Part shown: positions 32,051 to 45,984 of the stretch, piece by piece | Numbering within the stretch: position 1 is the stretch's first letter | How the letters are laid out: each line of letters opens with the position of its first letter | Source: Antedon mediterranea | Taxonomy: Eukaryota > Animalia > Echinodermata | Length of the DNA stretch: 64,000 nt | Direction of reading: 5' to 3' | Assembly: GCF_964355755.1 (NCBI RefSeq) | Contig: NC_092680.1 | Span: 19,663,045-19,727,044, forward strand | Program-made: the position numbers and the translations under genes | Notes under the pieces: model-generated | Told to the model about the DNA's origin: nothing | Seen by the model: only the letters and a program-made list of their open reading frames with translations | Databases searched by the model: none

Positions 32051-35000
32051 ATGGCGGTTTTTAAAAAGAATAAAGGTCCAGGGATGATTGGCCGCAAGAA
32101 CGATGACCTTTGGACAAAGACAGGCACGTTCATCAACAAGCCAAACAGAGGTTGGATTCACCCTGATGACAGAATTAAAGTTGGAGGAATCTGCTATGGT
32201 GTTCGGGTAAGACTTAATCTCTATCTACACTTTCAAACTTTATGTGACAAAAAATGTGATGTGCCCATATATGGACATGATGATGTCATATCACTACCAT
32301 ATTTGGGCGTATCACTACCATATTTGGGCACATCATACTTTTTTTTTCAAGTTTGATAGTGTAGACAGAAATTTAATCTTCTTTATTTTTAACAAATTTA
32401 TTTGTTTGAGTTAATGTTTATACAGTAGCTGGTTTATCTTTTTTTAATTACTCATTCTTCAATACAGATATATTCAAAGCAAAGAAAAATTTGATTTGTG
32501 AAATTATATAAAAACCGTCTACTGAAAAAGATTTGATATTTTTAATTATTAATTTGATTTGATAGAAATTGTTAGATATTGCTGACAACAGGGCACCTAA
32601 ACTTTTCCATGGGATAATTTATAAAAAAATATTTATAAGCACAACTTGGCACACACTATACACTAAGTGAATTATAGCAGGAAACGCACTACAATTTATA
32701 TAGTCATGAATACACTTTACACATTTCCCGTACTTGCATGTTGTTCTATTCATCACACATATCTAAACAACTGATGATATCATATGAACTTAAAGAGAGT
32801 GTGAAGGAATCATTTCTGACTACCACCAATTATTTCTGACTACCACCAATCATTTCTGACTACCACCAATCATTTCTGACTACCGCCAATCATTTCTGAC
32901 TACCGCCAATCATTTCTGACTACCACCAATCATTTCTGACTACCACCAATCATTTCTTACTACCACCAATCATTTCTGACTACCACCAATAATTTTTGAC
33001 TACCACTAATCATTTCTGACTACCACCAATCATTTCTGACTACCAGTCACCAATCATTTCTGACTACCACCAATCATTTCTGACTACCACCAATCATTTC
33101 TGACAGTATTAGAAAATTAGATCTGTTTAAAGATAAAAAAAACCCCCAGAATTTAGAATTCAAGATGACTTAATTCAAATTGACTGTATGGATAATCTAG
33201 GGAGTTTACGAGGCATGTTGTGCTATCGTTCAGCGAGGGCAATGTCAGTATTTAGTGTTACTGTCACCAGTATTGCCATCTTTGCATACATTATATAAAT
33301 AACATAATATTTCATAATACCATTGTCAATGTCATCATTGTGAAACAGCATTATAGTGATAATTCTGTGTCAAATCAACAAAATTTAGAAAAAGATCATA
33401 TTTGTGTAGCTTTGTCCAAATCTGAGATGGTTGCTCGGGGGACTCTGGTTTATTTGACACAGATTGACTCTATAAAATCTAGTGTTACAGTAATTTCTGT
33501 GATACAGGGACAAAATAATTAATTCTATAATTAAAGTATGAATTATGATTATGATAATCTGATAGATAGATGAAGATGTTTTGGCCAAAGTTCTATAGTA
33601 CAGAATACTCATTAATTATATTTAAAAAATACATTGTGAGAAAATGGAGAATCGAACACATGACCTCCAGATATTAGCATTCATTACCTCTAGACCACCA
33701 AGCTTGCACATGACAAGTAAGCAACCGGTACAATACTGCACACCACCAAGTTTACATTTTTTTTATTTGGTCTTAGTAGCCTAAATGAGACAACCAAATT
33801 TTCATTTTAAGTGAGATAATAATAATAATAATATCCTGGATTTATATAGCGCCTAATGTTGTGAAACCTCTAAGCGCTGAACATTATTACCCCAGTCATT
33901 TTTTGCATCAAACACATATGGAAACATACTTCCATAAAGCAGCTAGTAAATAATGTCTTGATCTAACTGGGTACTCACTTATACACCTGGGTGAAGAGAG
34001 GTAAACGTAAATAAAGTATCTTGCCTAAGGATACAAGCAATGCGGCGAGAGTTGGATTCAAACGATGATCTCACGATCAGTAATCCAACGTTCAACACAT
34101 TGCGCCACACACCCTTAGATGGGAAAGTGCACAACTTCCGAATAAGTATAGTAAAAGAACTATAACAAGTGAATGTAGAATTAATAGTATGTATAATCTG
34201 TCTGTATTTTTTATAATTTTTTAATAGTATGTTGGTTGTCTGGAGGTGAAGCAGTCAATGAGAACGTTGCCATTTGATATGAGGGGTCAAGTAACAAAGT
34301 AAGTTAACTAACGTTGTTTTTGCACAAGCTTTAAAGATTAATTAGCATGAATTCTATAAATCAGTTACTGATGCAAAAGGATATAATTTAGAACTTTCCA
34401 ACAATATACAGTAAACCTTTGTTGTTAACCTAAAGCTCTGTCTACACTACCAAAACAAGTATGATGTGCCCAAATATGGTAGTGATATGCTTAAATATGG
34501 TAGTGATATGACATCATCACGTCCATATATGGGCACATCACATTTGTTGTCGCATAAAGTTTGATAGTGTAGACAAATCTTAAGATGCATAGCTGACAAG
34601 GACATTTCTCAATTACAGAAATATTAATAAATATAGTTAATAATAAACCTCATAGACAATGATAATAAATACAGTCAACTCTCAATAATGGACACCCTTG
34701 GGCCAGGCTATAATGTTTTCTGGAGAAGTCTGGTAATCAAAATGTGTTTTTAGTGGTAAATAAGAATTTGGGACCTTTTTGTTCTCAAGAAAAATCTGGT
34801 TTTGTGAGATTTTCTGGTTTTACGATATTGGGAGAGTTAACTTTTTTGACCTTCTTAACATTTTGACACTGATACATTGAATGTTACCACCAGGTGTACA
34901 GAAGTTTTATTTATCCTATAGTCAACTTACTAACAAACAAAATTAATTCTTTGTTTATTTTAGAGAAGCAATTTTTCGAGTTTGTGATGCTGCAGGTTTT

Positions 35001-38000
35001 AGGTATAATCGTAAAAAGAAGGTAATTTACATAGTTTATTGGTTACATGTCTGATCGGCAGTAAAATACTAAATCTTGGATTGTTATTTAAATATTTTAG
35101 TTTGTCCACATTGATAAATTACTGGACCTTGTTTAGTTTGAACCTAAAAATTTACAATACACAGTATTAAATGAATTAATGTATTCACAAAATAAAATTC
35201 TTTTTCTTACTGTCTGTACAAAAAGTAAATTATATTATTAAAATATAAATGCCCCCCCCCCCCCACTCACTTTTCCCATATTAAAAATTATGAATTGTTT
35301 TGCTCTTATTTAAGTTTGTGTGTTATATCCTTGTAGGCTGGTAAGCAAGTCAATAAAGTTCTTGGTGAATTACCCAATATTCAATTTGGTGGTGCCCATG
35401 TAAACTTGACGATATCAACAGTGAGCATTAACCTGATGATAATGGAGACAGGAAAGGTGACACAATCTCATTACAAGTTATATTTTTTATTTTTGTTATT
35501 AAAGAATATTTTCCCCCTAAAAAAATGTTGTTTTTTTTTGGAATATGCCATTTTAATGTCACATAATAGAGTTATTCACTTTTACCAAAATTGGATGGGG
35601 ACAAAATTATTTTCCGGAAGAAACTGTAATTTAAAGCAAAAATAACCAGTAAAATTGACTGATTTTTGGTTGAATTTAACTGTTTAAAAGTAAAAAACAT
35701 TGTTTTTTCGTGTTTTTCTTTTAAGGAAGCGAATATTTATTACTTTGTTACATCTACAAAATTAACATTCATCTTGATTTTTCATATTTTTGGAGACAAT
35801 ACATCTTTAAATATTTTTTATTACAAAACAATGACTAAAAATGTTTTTAAAAAAAATATATAAAATCATAACATTTGATCATCAGAAGCATATATAGCAA
35901 GAGTGTAAAGTATATGAACTGTAGTGATTCAGTCTGTATTGTTAAAAATGGTAGAATATTTCATTAATCAAAGTGCTTAAGAAAAAAAAAATAAATAAAC
36001 ATCTTTCCTCCCCCAAAATATTTATTTAGAGGTTATGCTTAATTAACAAATTTGGATATAATTGTAACATTTGATCATCAAAAGTGACATAGCAACAATT
36101 TTTAAATGGTTTTCTTGAAGTTGAAAGTATACTGTTAACCAAGTTAAAATATATTGGTTTAAAAAAAAAATAAGTTTCAACCGTACTCACTCCCCTGAAT
36201 TTTTCTTAGAGATGAAGCTTATTTAAAAATTATACTGTATAATTATATTTTGCCCAAACTTTTGTAGCAATTAAAGCTTTAAAATCATGCCATTTTTTGG
36301 TGATTTATACAGATTCTATACAAATTATAATATGTACTTGTATTCCCAGACCACATCTAGTATCCTCTTGTTGATTTCCATATCCTAGTAGAAGTACATC
36401 CTACACTTTTACTTTTACCTGGTACGAATATGCACTGAGATCAATCAGTATGAGATCAATAATTGTACACCCGTAATCCTCCGTTCTGGTTGCCTTGAAC
36501 AATCCATGCAATGGTATAATGCCAATCCAGGTTACTCATAATTGAATCCCGCAATCTATAAATAGATCAGCTAGCAGGATGCTGGTTTCAAGGATATTTT
36601 TTTTTTATTTTGATACTCAAAACCCAAAGTCTATTTCAAGTTTTAGCCAGGCAAATTAATAATACTGTATGATAATTTATTTAATAACAAAATGCTTTTC
36701 AACTGGAAACTATATTTGGGTTTTTTTTTTTATTATAATTTTTTATTTTGACACTGAAAACCCAAATTGATAATATTGAATGATATTGATAATAATTTAT
36801 TTTAACTTATGCTTTTCAACAGGAAATTTTTTTTTTTAAATTATTATGAATTTTTTTAATACTGAAAACCCAAAGACTGTGTACCCTATTTCAACTTTTA
36901 GCCAGGCAAATTGATAATATCATATGATAATAATAATATATTTTAACTTATGCTTTTCAACAAGAATCTAAATTGTTTTATTTTGTTTAACCAGAGGGTC
37001 CGCTAATAAGTCTGAATATTATAATATAAAACAAACTCTGAAAAAAGTGAGCAAGCCATTATGATTCAATATTCAAAACTTAATTTGTTTATATCTTCAG
37101 AAACAAAGAATATTTATAATGTAAAATATATAAGATACCTATAAATAACGATAAAATACATTTGATAATTGTAATTATTAAAATAAGCTGTAAATTGAAC
37201 ATCTTGAACATTGAAAATCTTGATACTAAATACCTAAATACCTATGAATAATAACACAAAATATATAAAAATTAATTTGTGTGTATTCAATTTGGTAATA
37301 TTATGTTATATTTTCTTATATACAGACAATAGCAAACCATCAAATGCAAGGAATTTCATTTGCATCAGGAGGTGATTTGGTAAGAGAACTATTGTTTTCT
37401 TTGAAGTCTTTAATGGTATACTTAGACTATTATTTTATTCTTAAAACCACAAATGAGCCTGTTCCACAGAAATGATGTCTACATAGGCTAATGAGGTCTT
37501 CATGTGAACAGGATTTATAATTTATAAAACATGTCTACATATATAGAATGAGGTCTTCATGTGAACAGGATGTATTCCTAAAACATGTCTACATATATAG
37601 AATGAGGTCTTCATGTGAACAGGATGTATTCCTAAAACATGTCTACATATATAGAATGAGGTCTTCATGTGAACAGGATGTATTCCTAAAACATGTCTAC
37701 ATAGAATGAGGTCTTTTGAACAGAACATATTTCCTAAAAAATGTCTACATAGATAGAATGAAACCTTCATGTGAACAGGATGTATTCCATCATGTCTACG
37801 TAGATATGAGGCCTTCATGTGAACAGGATGTATTCCATCATGTCTACATAGATATAATGAAACCTTCATGTGAACAGAATGTATTCCATCATGTCTACAT
37901 AGATATAATGAGGCCTTCATGTGAATAGGATATATTCCATCATGTCTACGTAGATATGAGGCCTTCATGTGAACAAGATGTATTTTTTTTAAATGTCAAC

Positions 38001-41000
38001 ATTTGAGGAATGTGTTTGCATTTTAGATGGTTGATAACATGCTTGTTGTCTGATATCACAGGGCTATGGTATATAACATAGTTTCTGGGTGCAGGATGAT
38101 TTTACTTTCTGTAAGGCTACTCTATTCAGAATACATAGTATGCAGTCAATTCATGTATCATGTCTAGTGACAATGAACATCCTACAGTGTCGTGTCTGCT
38201 GACTGCAACAGCTCATACCATAGCACATTATTCCTAAATACCTAACCTAAATAATCCCTAACTATACTACAGTATCTCACATGGGATGGAGGTTTTGTTA
38301 GAAGAGGCAATACTGTAGGATGTTTAACGTCGCTAGACATAATACTGCTTGTGTATTGGATATAGCGTGGAATAAATGTAAAATAAATCAGTCCAGATGT
38401 AACAATTATTTTTTTGTCAATTATTATTTCTTCAAAGCCGTGGAAAGATTAATTTTAAACTTCAGCTAATTATTCATAAAATGATAAATTAAAACATGAT
38501 TTATATTTATTTATTTTTTTTTTAGGAAACTCCGGATTATGTAGCTTACATAGCCAAAGATCCAGTGAATGCGCGAGGTACGTATGTTAAATAAGTTGTT
38601 GAAATATTTTAAAGTATTTATTTCTTTCTTTTTGATAGTGTAGACAGAGCTTAACTTGACTTAACGATGTTCCGCCGAATAGTCTTCAGACTTTTCAGCC
38701 TCGGCCGCTCTGTGTATTTCTGTTTCTGTAAAGTTTCTCCAAAATGTTCAGTCAAATGCTATGTTCTTTGTTTTTTGTTTGGAAAATGTATAGTTTAAAA
38801 ATACGTATCTTAAATTAAAATGAGTTTACGGTCACCATTAGGTCTTACAGTATCTATAATTCAAGGGAGTTCAAGAGTGTTTAACATAATTGCACTCTCA
38901 ATTGTGCATTAAGTAGCTGTACAAATCCTGTGCATTACTATTTAAAAAAAGTCAAGAAACATCAGCTTTAGAAAGTCCTTCACCTTTACCATCTGTTTAA
39001 AAATGAAGTACACTTATTAGGATTAACAATATTTTAATTATACACATTCGGATTATACACATTTTTTGCATATTTGTTTATCTCAGCATTTGTGTATTTA
39101 ACACATTTTAAAATAACAGTAAAAGGAGTACTTAATAAAGTTAGTACTAAAGAAATAAGAAATCATTTACTACAAAATACATTCTACTGTACTACACACT
39201 GCAAATATAAACATCCCTTGAATAGACAGCACAAACTGAATATATTTGTCAAATTTATGTAACACAATACACATATATAATTTGAATTCATTGAACTTTT
39301 GACCCATCATGTTTTTAATATTTATCCATTTATGCATTCTTTATTTTCTTTATGTCCTTTCATTGTGCCCACTAAACTCATAGTGTTCATAAAAGGCCGC
39401 TGAAACGAGGCTTATAGCTAGTAATTAAAGATGAAACTAATCGCCGTAGCTTGTATTCATCTCAAATATTGATGATACATTAGTAATATATTTGTGTATT
39501 ACGTGATCAGAAAATGTTATTTTATCTATTCAGCTTGCCATGTAATTGAGTGTAGTGATGGTCTAGCCCAAGATGTTATCACAACGATTGGACAGGCATT
39601 TGAAATCAGGTTTAAAGATTATTTAAAGAACCCCCCACAGGCTGTTAATGTTCCTGACAGGTACAATTTTTCATTACATAATATTTTGCCATAAATTGTT
39701 TAGTTTGTTGTATTAAAATATTTGGTATATTTCCAAATATAATATAGTATAGTTATTAAACAATTTAAAGAGACGATGACCTTGCTATCTGTTGTGAGGC
39801 AGTCATTATAGTATTTATAAACGTTTCATATCGCATTTATCATATATAGTCTACTCTCGCAAAACCAATAACCTTTGGGCTGGCCTAAGTCTGAATTTCC
39901 GGAAAGTCTAATATTTTGAATGTGTTTAATGGTAAATATGAGTCTAGGAGTTTCCAGTTTTTAAAGAGAGAGTATTTGGAGAGTTGGTATCTTGAATTAA
40001 TTTGTTTTCAAATTCTATATTTTTAGGTTTGTTTCAGAGGAAAGTGCATGGGGTGATGATCCCGAATATTACAATGATTTATCAGAATTTGGACCAAAAC
40101 CAGTACAAAGAGAGCCTCTACCAGAAATACCTACAGCCAATGGTGTAGATCTAGTAAGTTATCTCAGTTGACAGTTGATGAATTACCGCAGTAACAATAC
40201 AATTACCGCAGTAACAATACAATTACTGCAGTAACAATACAATTCTTGGTTATCAATCTTGATATTTCTTTTATTAAAGACTTTTTATAAATATTCTTGC
40301 TTTCTTTCTTAGCAAACAAACACACATATTTATCAATCTGCAAAAAATGACAGGCCGTTGAGTGGCGGAAATGTGGAAAGAAATGACATTTATGATAACC
40401 GAGCAGAAGGGACAAATCACAATTCAACAGATCCAAAAGTTTACGACAACAAAACAATGTACGATAATAATAAACAGCCTATGATTGGTCAATTGATTGA
40501 TTTAGTTGAGGCAACTCCGGCTCCAGTTTTTGATAATCCGTTAAATCAACAGTGTAAGTTTTGATTCTAAGTTTATTGCAAATAATTTATTATTTATATT
40601 AGGGGCTTTTTGGGTAGACTGTGAGGCACCTATCCTTAAAATGTAACAACATCTGCACATGCTCAGAAAAATTTCTTCTAATGCAATTGTAATGCTTCTG
40701 GAGCTGTAACACTTATTTGAAACCGAAAGCCCAAAATGTTCACAGCCCTAAATTTTTGCGATTTAAATTTTAACTATTTCACGACCTTATTTTCGTGATT
40801 TGAGTTTCTTTTATAATTTGTTGAACCAAATTGGTGAATGTATTTCGCCTCCGCGATGAACGTCAAACAACAATTGAGTAGCGTAAAAAAATTACCGAAT
40901 ATTTGATTGTAAATTTAGAGATGTAAATAAATAAACGTTTTGGCTACACAGTGGGTGAGGCACATGTTTAATTACTAAGTAATTACTATAGACGCCCTTT

Positions 41001-44000
41001 TTTAGGACACCGCTATACAGAGGAAATTTTCCTGGAAAACAAACAAGTGATTTAGATGTTTTAACACTAAGGCCAACTCCATTAAAGAGATATCCCTATT
41101 AAAGGGACACAACAAAATGTCCCTTTAATCTCTTGAATGGGGGTGAATTTTTATAGGAGTTTTACTGAGAATACACAGATGTTGGTACATTCCATTTAAA
41201 TTATTGGTCTTTCTATTGTCACTGACAATCCAATGATGATGACATAAAATGAAGGTGCCTAAAGGCCAATTTACACAGGCAAGCAGTATTAACAGTAATA
41301 AAAAAAACACTGTAGACTGTTATTTCTTATGACAATTTACACACAAAACCGCTCAGGATAGATACAGATTTTTACTGTACATGGAACAAGCTTCCCTGGT
41401 TTTCCGCTTACCATTACTGCTCATCTGTGTGAATTGGCCTTTACAGTACAATCTCTATTTCAGATACAGTTTCATTGAAGAGTAATCCCTGTGTACAGTT
41501 TAATTTAGTTTAAATTTTATTTTTAATATCATTATGTTTATTAAATATATTTTGTTTTTCTCTTTTTTTTTATCATCACTTGGAATGTTTTTAGTTTTAT
41601 TACAATCATTGTTTTTATTCATTAGTTCAATTTAATCATATTTGACTTTAGCTGTCATTGTCACTTGCAGCATCATTAACCTTTCACCTTTGTAACAATT
41701 GTACTTTCACCCTGTTTTAGCCAAAGAAGAGATTACAACCCCTACACCTGTTTCCAATGGTAAGGTTCACCCAATTTTAAATAATGACGCTAAACACTCC
41801 GAGTCAAGTAGGCAAGCTGGTATCAATATGCAAACAGATTTTAACAAAATTCGTGCATCATTGAACAAAACACCAAGAACATCTCTGACAAAAATCGAAA
41901 AAGACCCTGAATTAAGTCCAGCTGTCAAATTACAAGAAATGAAATGTAACTTAAAACCTTCTATGTCGGAAAGACGGACGTCAGCAAATAGGCCGAAGCT
42001 TGACCGCAAAACACCGTCTCTATATGATAATTCATCAAAGGATAGCGAAAATGAAGTTACGTCACCGAAGTCACGTTTTGTCTTGCCTAGCTACGAAAAC
42101 ATAAAACATCCAGATTTGAAACAAATGATCGATGCCGGCTACGATAACTTTCGATCGGCAGGGAAGCTGAATAATCAAAGACCTCCGAGCTCCAAAATGA
42201 AAGGTTCACATCTAGTTACTTTGGCATGAGCACAACAGCAATGCATGAGGCTAATCGCAACACGCAGACCATCACAATATCTGCATGAAGTGCTAGCTAA
42301 TAAGCTAGTGTACAGTATCAAGCAGAATTCTTCTAAAAAGCCCAATATTTCTACTGAATAAACACCACACACTTTTAACAGCATGGTTAATGGTTAATTT
42401 TCACTCTCCTTTTACTGCTGTACACTTTATAACCGCATGGAATGAATATTTATATTCAGCAATTAAAAATTTGAATTAATGATTCCATCCGTATAGAAAT
42501 TAACACTATTTAGAAAATATTGTTTAGCATTGATTTACTGGAGTTTGTATATTTTATTTATAGTATTGATATAGGTATGATATCACCTGACTGCTTCATA
42601 GCTTGAATATATCATCTTTACTATTTAATACACAGTTTCCAGGTCATAATTTTTTAGTAGGTCCTATATCCAATATCCCGTTGTGCTATCTGAAAACTGA
42701 ATAACTGACTGTAGGCCCTATTAATCCAAATAGTAGAAGTAAGACAACAACAAAAACGTTGCTGTCAGCAACAATCACAATAACAGCGTCATCATCTTTG
42801 TCATTATCAATTTCACTCTCACCTTCATATCAAAATCACGACCAGTTTGTCTTAATGTAGCCATAATCATACCATCCCATGTCCAACAATATCATCATCA
42901 CCTCCCTTTCCACTTTTTCCAGCCTTGACCTTATTGAGGACAACATTCAACACTAATCATTTTATAATAACTGCACCTCACATTGCAAACTCATTTTGTA
43001 TTTTTTTTTTACTTATAATTTTTTTTTTATTTGGGTTAAATATTTATTTGGTTTTTTATGCTTTACAATTATATAATCTTAAATACACAGTAAATTATTA
43101 ATTAGAAGTGTAGGTACATTTATTTAATATATTGATATATATATATATATATATATATATTGTTTTTTTCTTTTTAGACGCAAATAGTAACTTTGATTCA
43201 AATGCTGTGAACAGTTGGCAGAACCCTAACCCTATGCCACACAACGACCACTACCAACATCCATCATCAGTTCGCTCAAGCCTTTCTGGAGGTAGTCCGT
43301 TATCACATAGTTTCGACGACAGTGTGTACACGGGTGTGCCAGACAGGCCACAGTCCTCTCCAGTTGCCATGGATACTGGGGTTACAGGTCAGAATGGCAT
43401 GCTGGGTCAGACAAGCCCACAAAATGATGCTTTTGATATGGGTAAGAGACATTATAGACGGAGATCCATTAATAGTTGATTATCATAGTGTAGACTTAAA
43501 GTGTGTCAGTGTCCATCAGAAAAAGACCCACATGGCACATTGACATACCAATGCAAACAGTTTTTACAAAAACAAGCAAAAACTGTTATTTAAAACAAAG
43601 TTATTATGAAATAGTTAAAATCTGAGCGGATTTAAAGCAGTCCTATGAGACAGCCGATTTAGCAGTCTGGAAGTCGTGGCGGTTCATGCCATGAAAACTG
43701 ATAGAGAAAGCATACAATTTCAATTAAGCGATAGATATAATGCAGTCATGAGATTTAAATGCTTACCAAAAAACTAAGTATTTAATAAACCAAAGTTATT
43801 ATTATTAACTACCGATATCCATTTCATTTTGCAAAATTATGAAACTTCATTTCTAAATGATATATGCGATATACTGGATATTAATGGATCTTTGATCTTG
43901 TTTATTGTCGTCTTTGTCTTACCTTGTGAATTGTGTTTCTTTGTGCCATTTTCATAGCTTTTGCCAGCAGTAGGCCGATGTCTACATGCAAGTATAGATT

Positions 44001-45984
44001 AGAGCAATGTTTCAACTTCGAATGAATAAGCATTAAATAACTACAATTTATACATAACAAAAGCTCTGTCTGCACTATCAAACTAGTTTGTGTGATGTGT
44101 CCAAATATGGTAGTGATCCCCACATATGGTAGTGATATAACATCACATATCCATATATGGGCACATCACATTTTTTGTCACATAACGTAGACAGAGCTTA
44201 ACAGCTAACAATCATAAGTTACACACACGGATTGTTTACAATTTAGCACAAGATTTGCACTATTTAAATTAAAATCATAAAGAATTTTGCATGTATTAAG
44301 AATAACAATAATTGCATGGCATTGTATAAAGTATAAAATTCATATAAAACATTTTAATCTGACGAAGAAAATCAAATTTTATTTCTTTGCATTATTAATT
44401 AATTTTATGTTCGACCAGTTTTTTAAGACTAATTTTTTCTTTGTGTTATCAAGCATGTTCAGTTTTGAATTTAATAACAAATAATTTGCAACTAGAAAAC
44501 AATGAAAGGCTTCAATTTACTTATTTTTCCCAAAACTATTTTTCCCACAAAATAAATCGTAGTTTTAATACTGTATAAAATATTATGTTATTTTATAAAC
44601 AATTATATACAAAATTAGTAAAATTTAACAACAGTTAAAACATTAAAAATTATCTTGGCAAGCAATAAGACTGTTTTGTGCTGGTAACCACAATTAGGTC
44701 CATTCAATCAACTCTCCCATCGAACACCTTTGGACTAGCTCAAATGTCTGATTTCCCAGAATCCTTCAGAATGAATTTGGAATAATAAGGCAGAATTTTG
44801 AACCTTGTCAAACTGTAAAAAAAAATGCTTATATTGGGAGAGTTTCCAGGGATTCGGTGTTGAGAGTTGACTGTATATGCTATCAGTATTTAAATACAGT
44901 TTTAAAATTACATAACAAAATGATATCAAATTGAAAAATATTGTTTATAAATATAATACTGTACTGATCATTTCCAGAAATACAAGAAATTGATATTGGA
45001 TTGTCATCATGATCTTCATTATCATTCAAATCATTATCATCGTTATCATCTTTAACTTTGCCTGTCTATTATACCAATGAGTTAATGACTCTGTGTAGAA
45101 TGAAAGAATTCAATGCATGTTTTCATAAATTGTAAAATCATTATCTGAAACTTATCTTTTATTAATATTTATTTTCCTTAAAAGAACCTTTTAATCCATC
45201 TCCAACTGGTACTGGGGATTTAGGAGTACAGCCATCAATTCCTCTAAAAGAAGAAATCTGGTTTCACGGTCCAATGACTCGTAAACAAGCAGAGGGTAAA
45301 TTAGAAGCTGACGGTGATTTCTTGGTGCGTGAGAGTACGACGACACCTGGCCAGTATGTACTGAGTGGTATGCAGAGTGGAACGCCTAAACACCTCCTGT
45401 TAGTGGATCCGGAAGGAAAGGTTGGTGGCACACATTCTTGATTTTATAAAGCTCTGTCTACACTATCAAACTAGTTTGACAAAAAAAGTGATGTGCACAA
45501 ATATGATAGTGATATCCTTATTAAATATGGTAGTGATATGACATCATCATTTCCATATATGAGCACATCACATTTTTTTGTCACATAAAGTTTGATAGTG
45601 CAGCAGACAGAGCTTTAAACTAGTCCCTCATTTCATATTAGTACACCAAGTTGAAAACTGAACTAAAGTTGAAACTGAACTGAACCAGAATTGAACCAGA
45701 GTCTCTAAAAGCACAAAGCTAGAGGGCAGCTTTCTTTCCATCTTTTTATAAATGTTTTTTTGGAGTTCTTTCGTAAAATTGATAAATTGAATTTTGTGCG
45801 TGTCTATTTTACTATCCAAATAATGTATATTGTTGTAACATAGGTGCGAACGAAGGATAAAGAATTTGATAGTGTTAGTCACCTGATTGACTACCATCGT
45901 TCCAACAAATTACCAATCATATCAGCGGGAAGCGCGGTACACCTAAAACAGCCAGTCATCAGCTTGCAAGCAGGCGGCAGGTAA
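32051..45984 (+). CDS. SHC1: SHC-family adaptor protein (PTB-CH1-SH2), 12 coding exons, about 548 aa
   Basis: Exons 32051-32206, 34228-34298, 34964-35021, 35337-35456, 37326-37379, 38526-38577, 39534-39660, 40027-40153, 40313-40553, 43178-43441, 45185-45420, 45844-45984 total 1647 nt in frame. Motifs: [88 protein letters not shown]. The symbol means co-orthologue of vertebrate SHC1-4. Confidence 0.96.
32808..33104. repeat. 20-bp minisatellite, about 15 copies
   Basis: Unit aatcatttctgactaccacc. Confidence 0.95.
33817..34115 (-). mobile_element. tRNA-headed SINE with conserved central domain (Deu/Nin-like) and L2-type tail
   Basis: Minus strand: tRNA-like head, central CCTTAGGCAAG...CTCTTCACCCAGGTGTATAAGTGAGTACC, tail AGCGCTTAGAG...AGGCGCTATATAAAT..(ATT)n. 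Confidence 0.75.
37470..37985. repeat. ~50-54-bp tandem repeat, about 10 copies
   Basis: Unit catgtctacatatatagaatgaggtcttcatgtgaacaggatgtattcctaaaa, with two sub-variants. Confidence 0.93.
41262..41441. mobile_element. MITE family B (Harbinger-like TIR GGCCAATTTACACAG); second copy at about 49540-49725
   Basis: aggccaatttacacag...ctgtgtgaattggcct, and ggccaatttacacagac...gtctgtgtaaattggtc. Confidence 0.8.
41721..42229 (+). CDS. Additional SHC exon (alternative terminal or cassette exon, about 169 codons)
   Basis: Acceptor ctgttttag at 41720, open in the phase left by the exon ending 40553. S/P/K-rich with LYDN, SYEN and GYDN motifs. Stop at 42227-42229, AATAAA at 42357-42362. Confidence 0.7.

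Noticed and set aside
31994-32356. ORF-track 120-aa protein as the true SHC N-terminus
   Set aside because: It starts upstream of the acceptor at 32022 and reads through the donor at 32206 into a MITE; only 32023/32051-32206 is exonic.
37522-37968. 148-aa His/Cys-rich repeat ORF
   Set aside because: Translation of an intronic ~54-bp tandem repeat antisense to SHC, with no splice or domain support.
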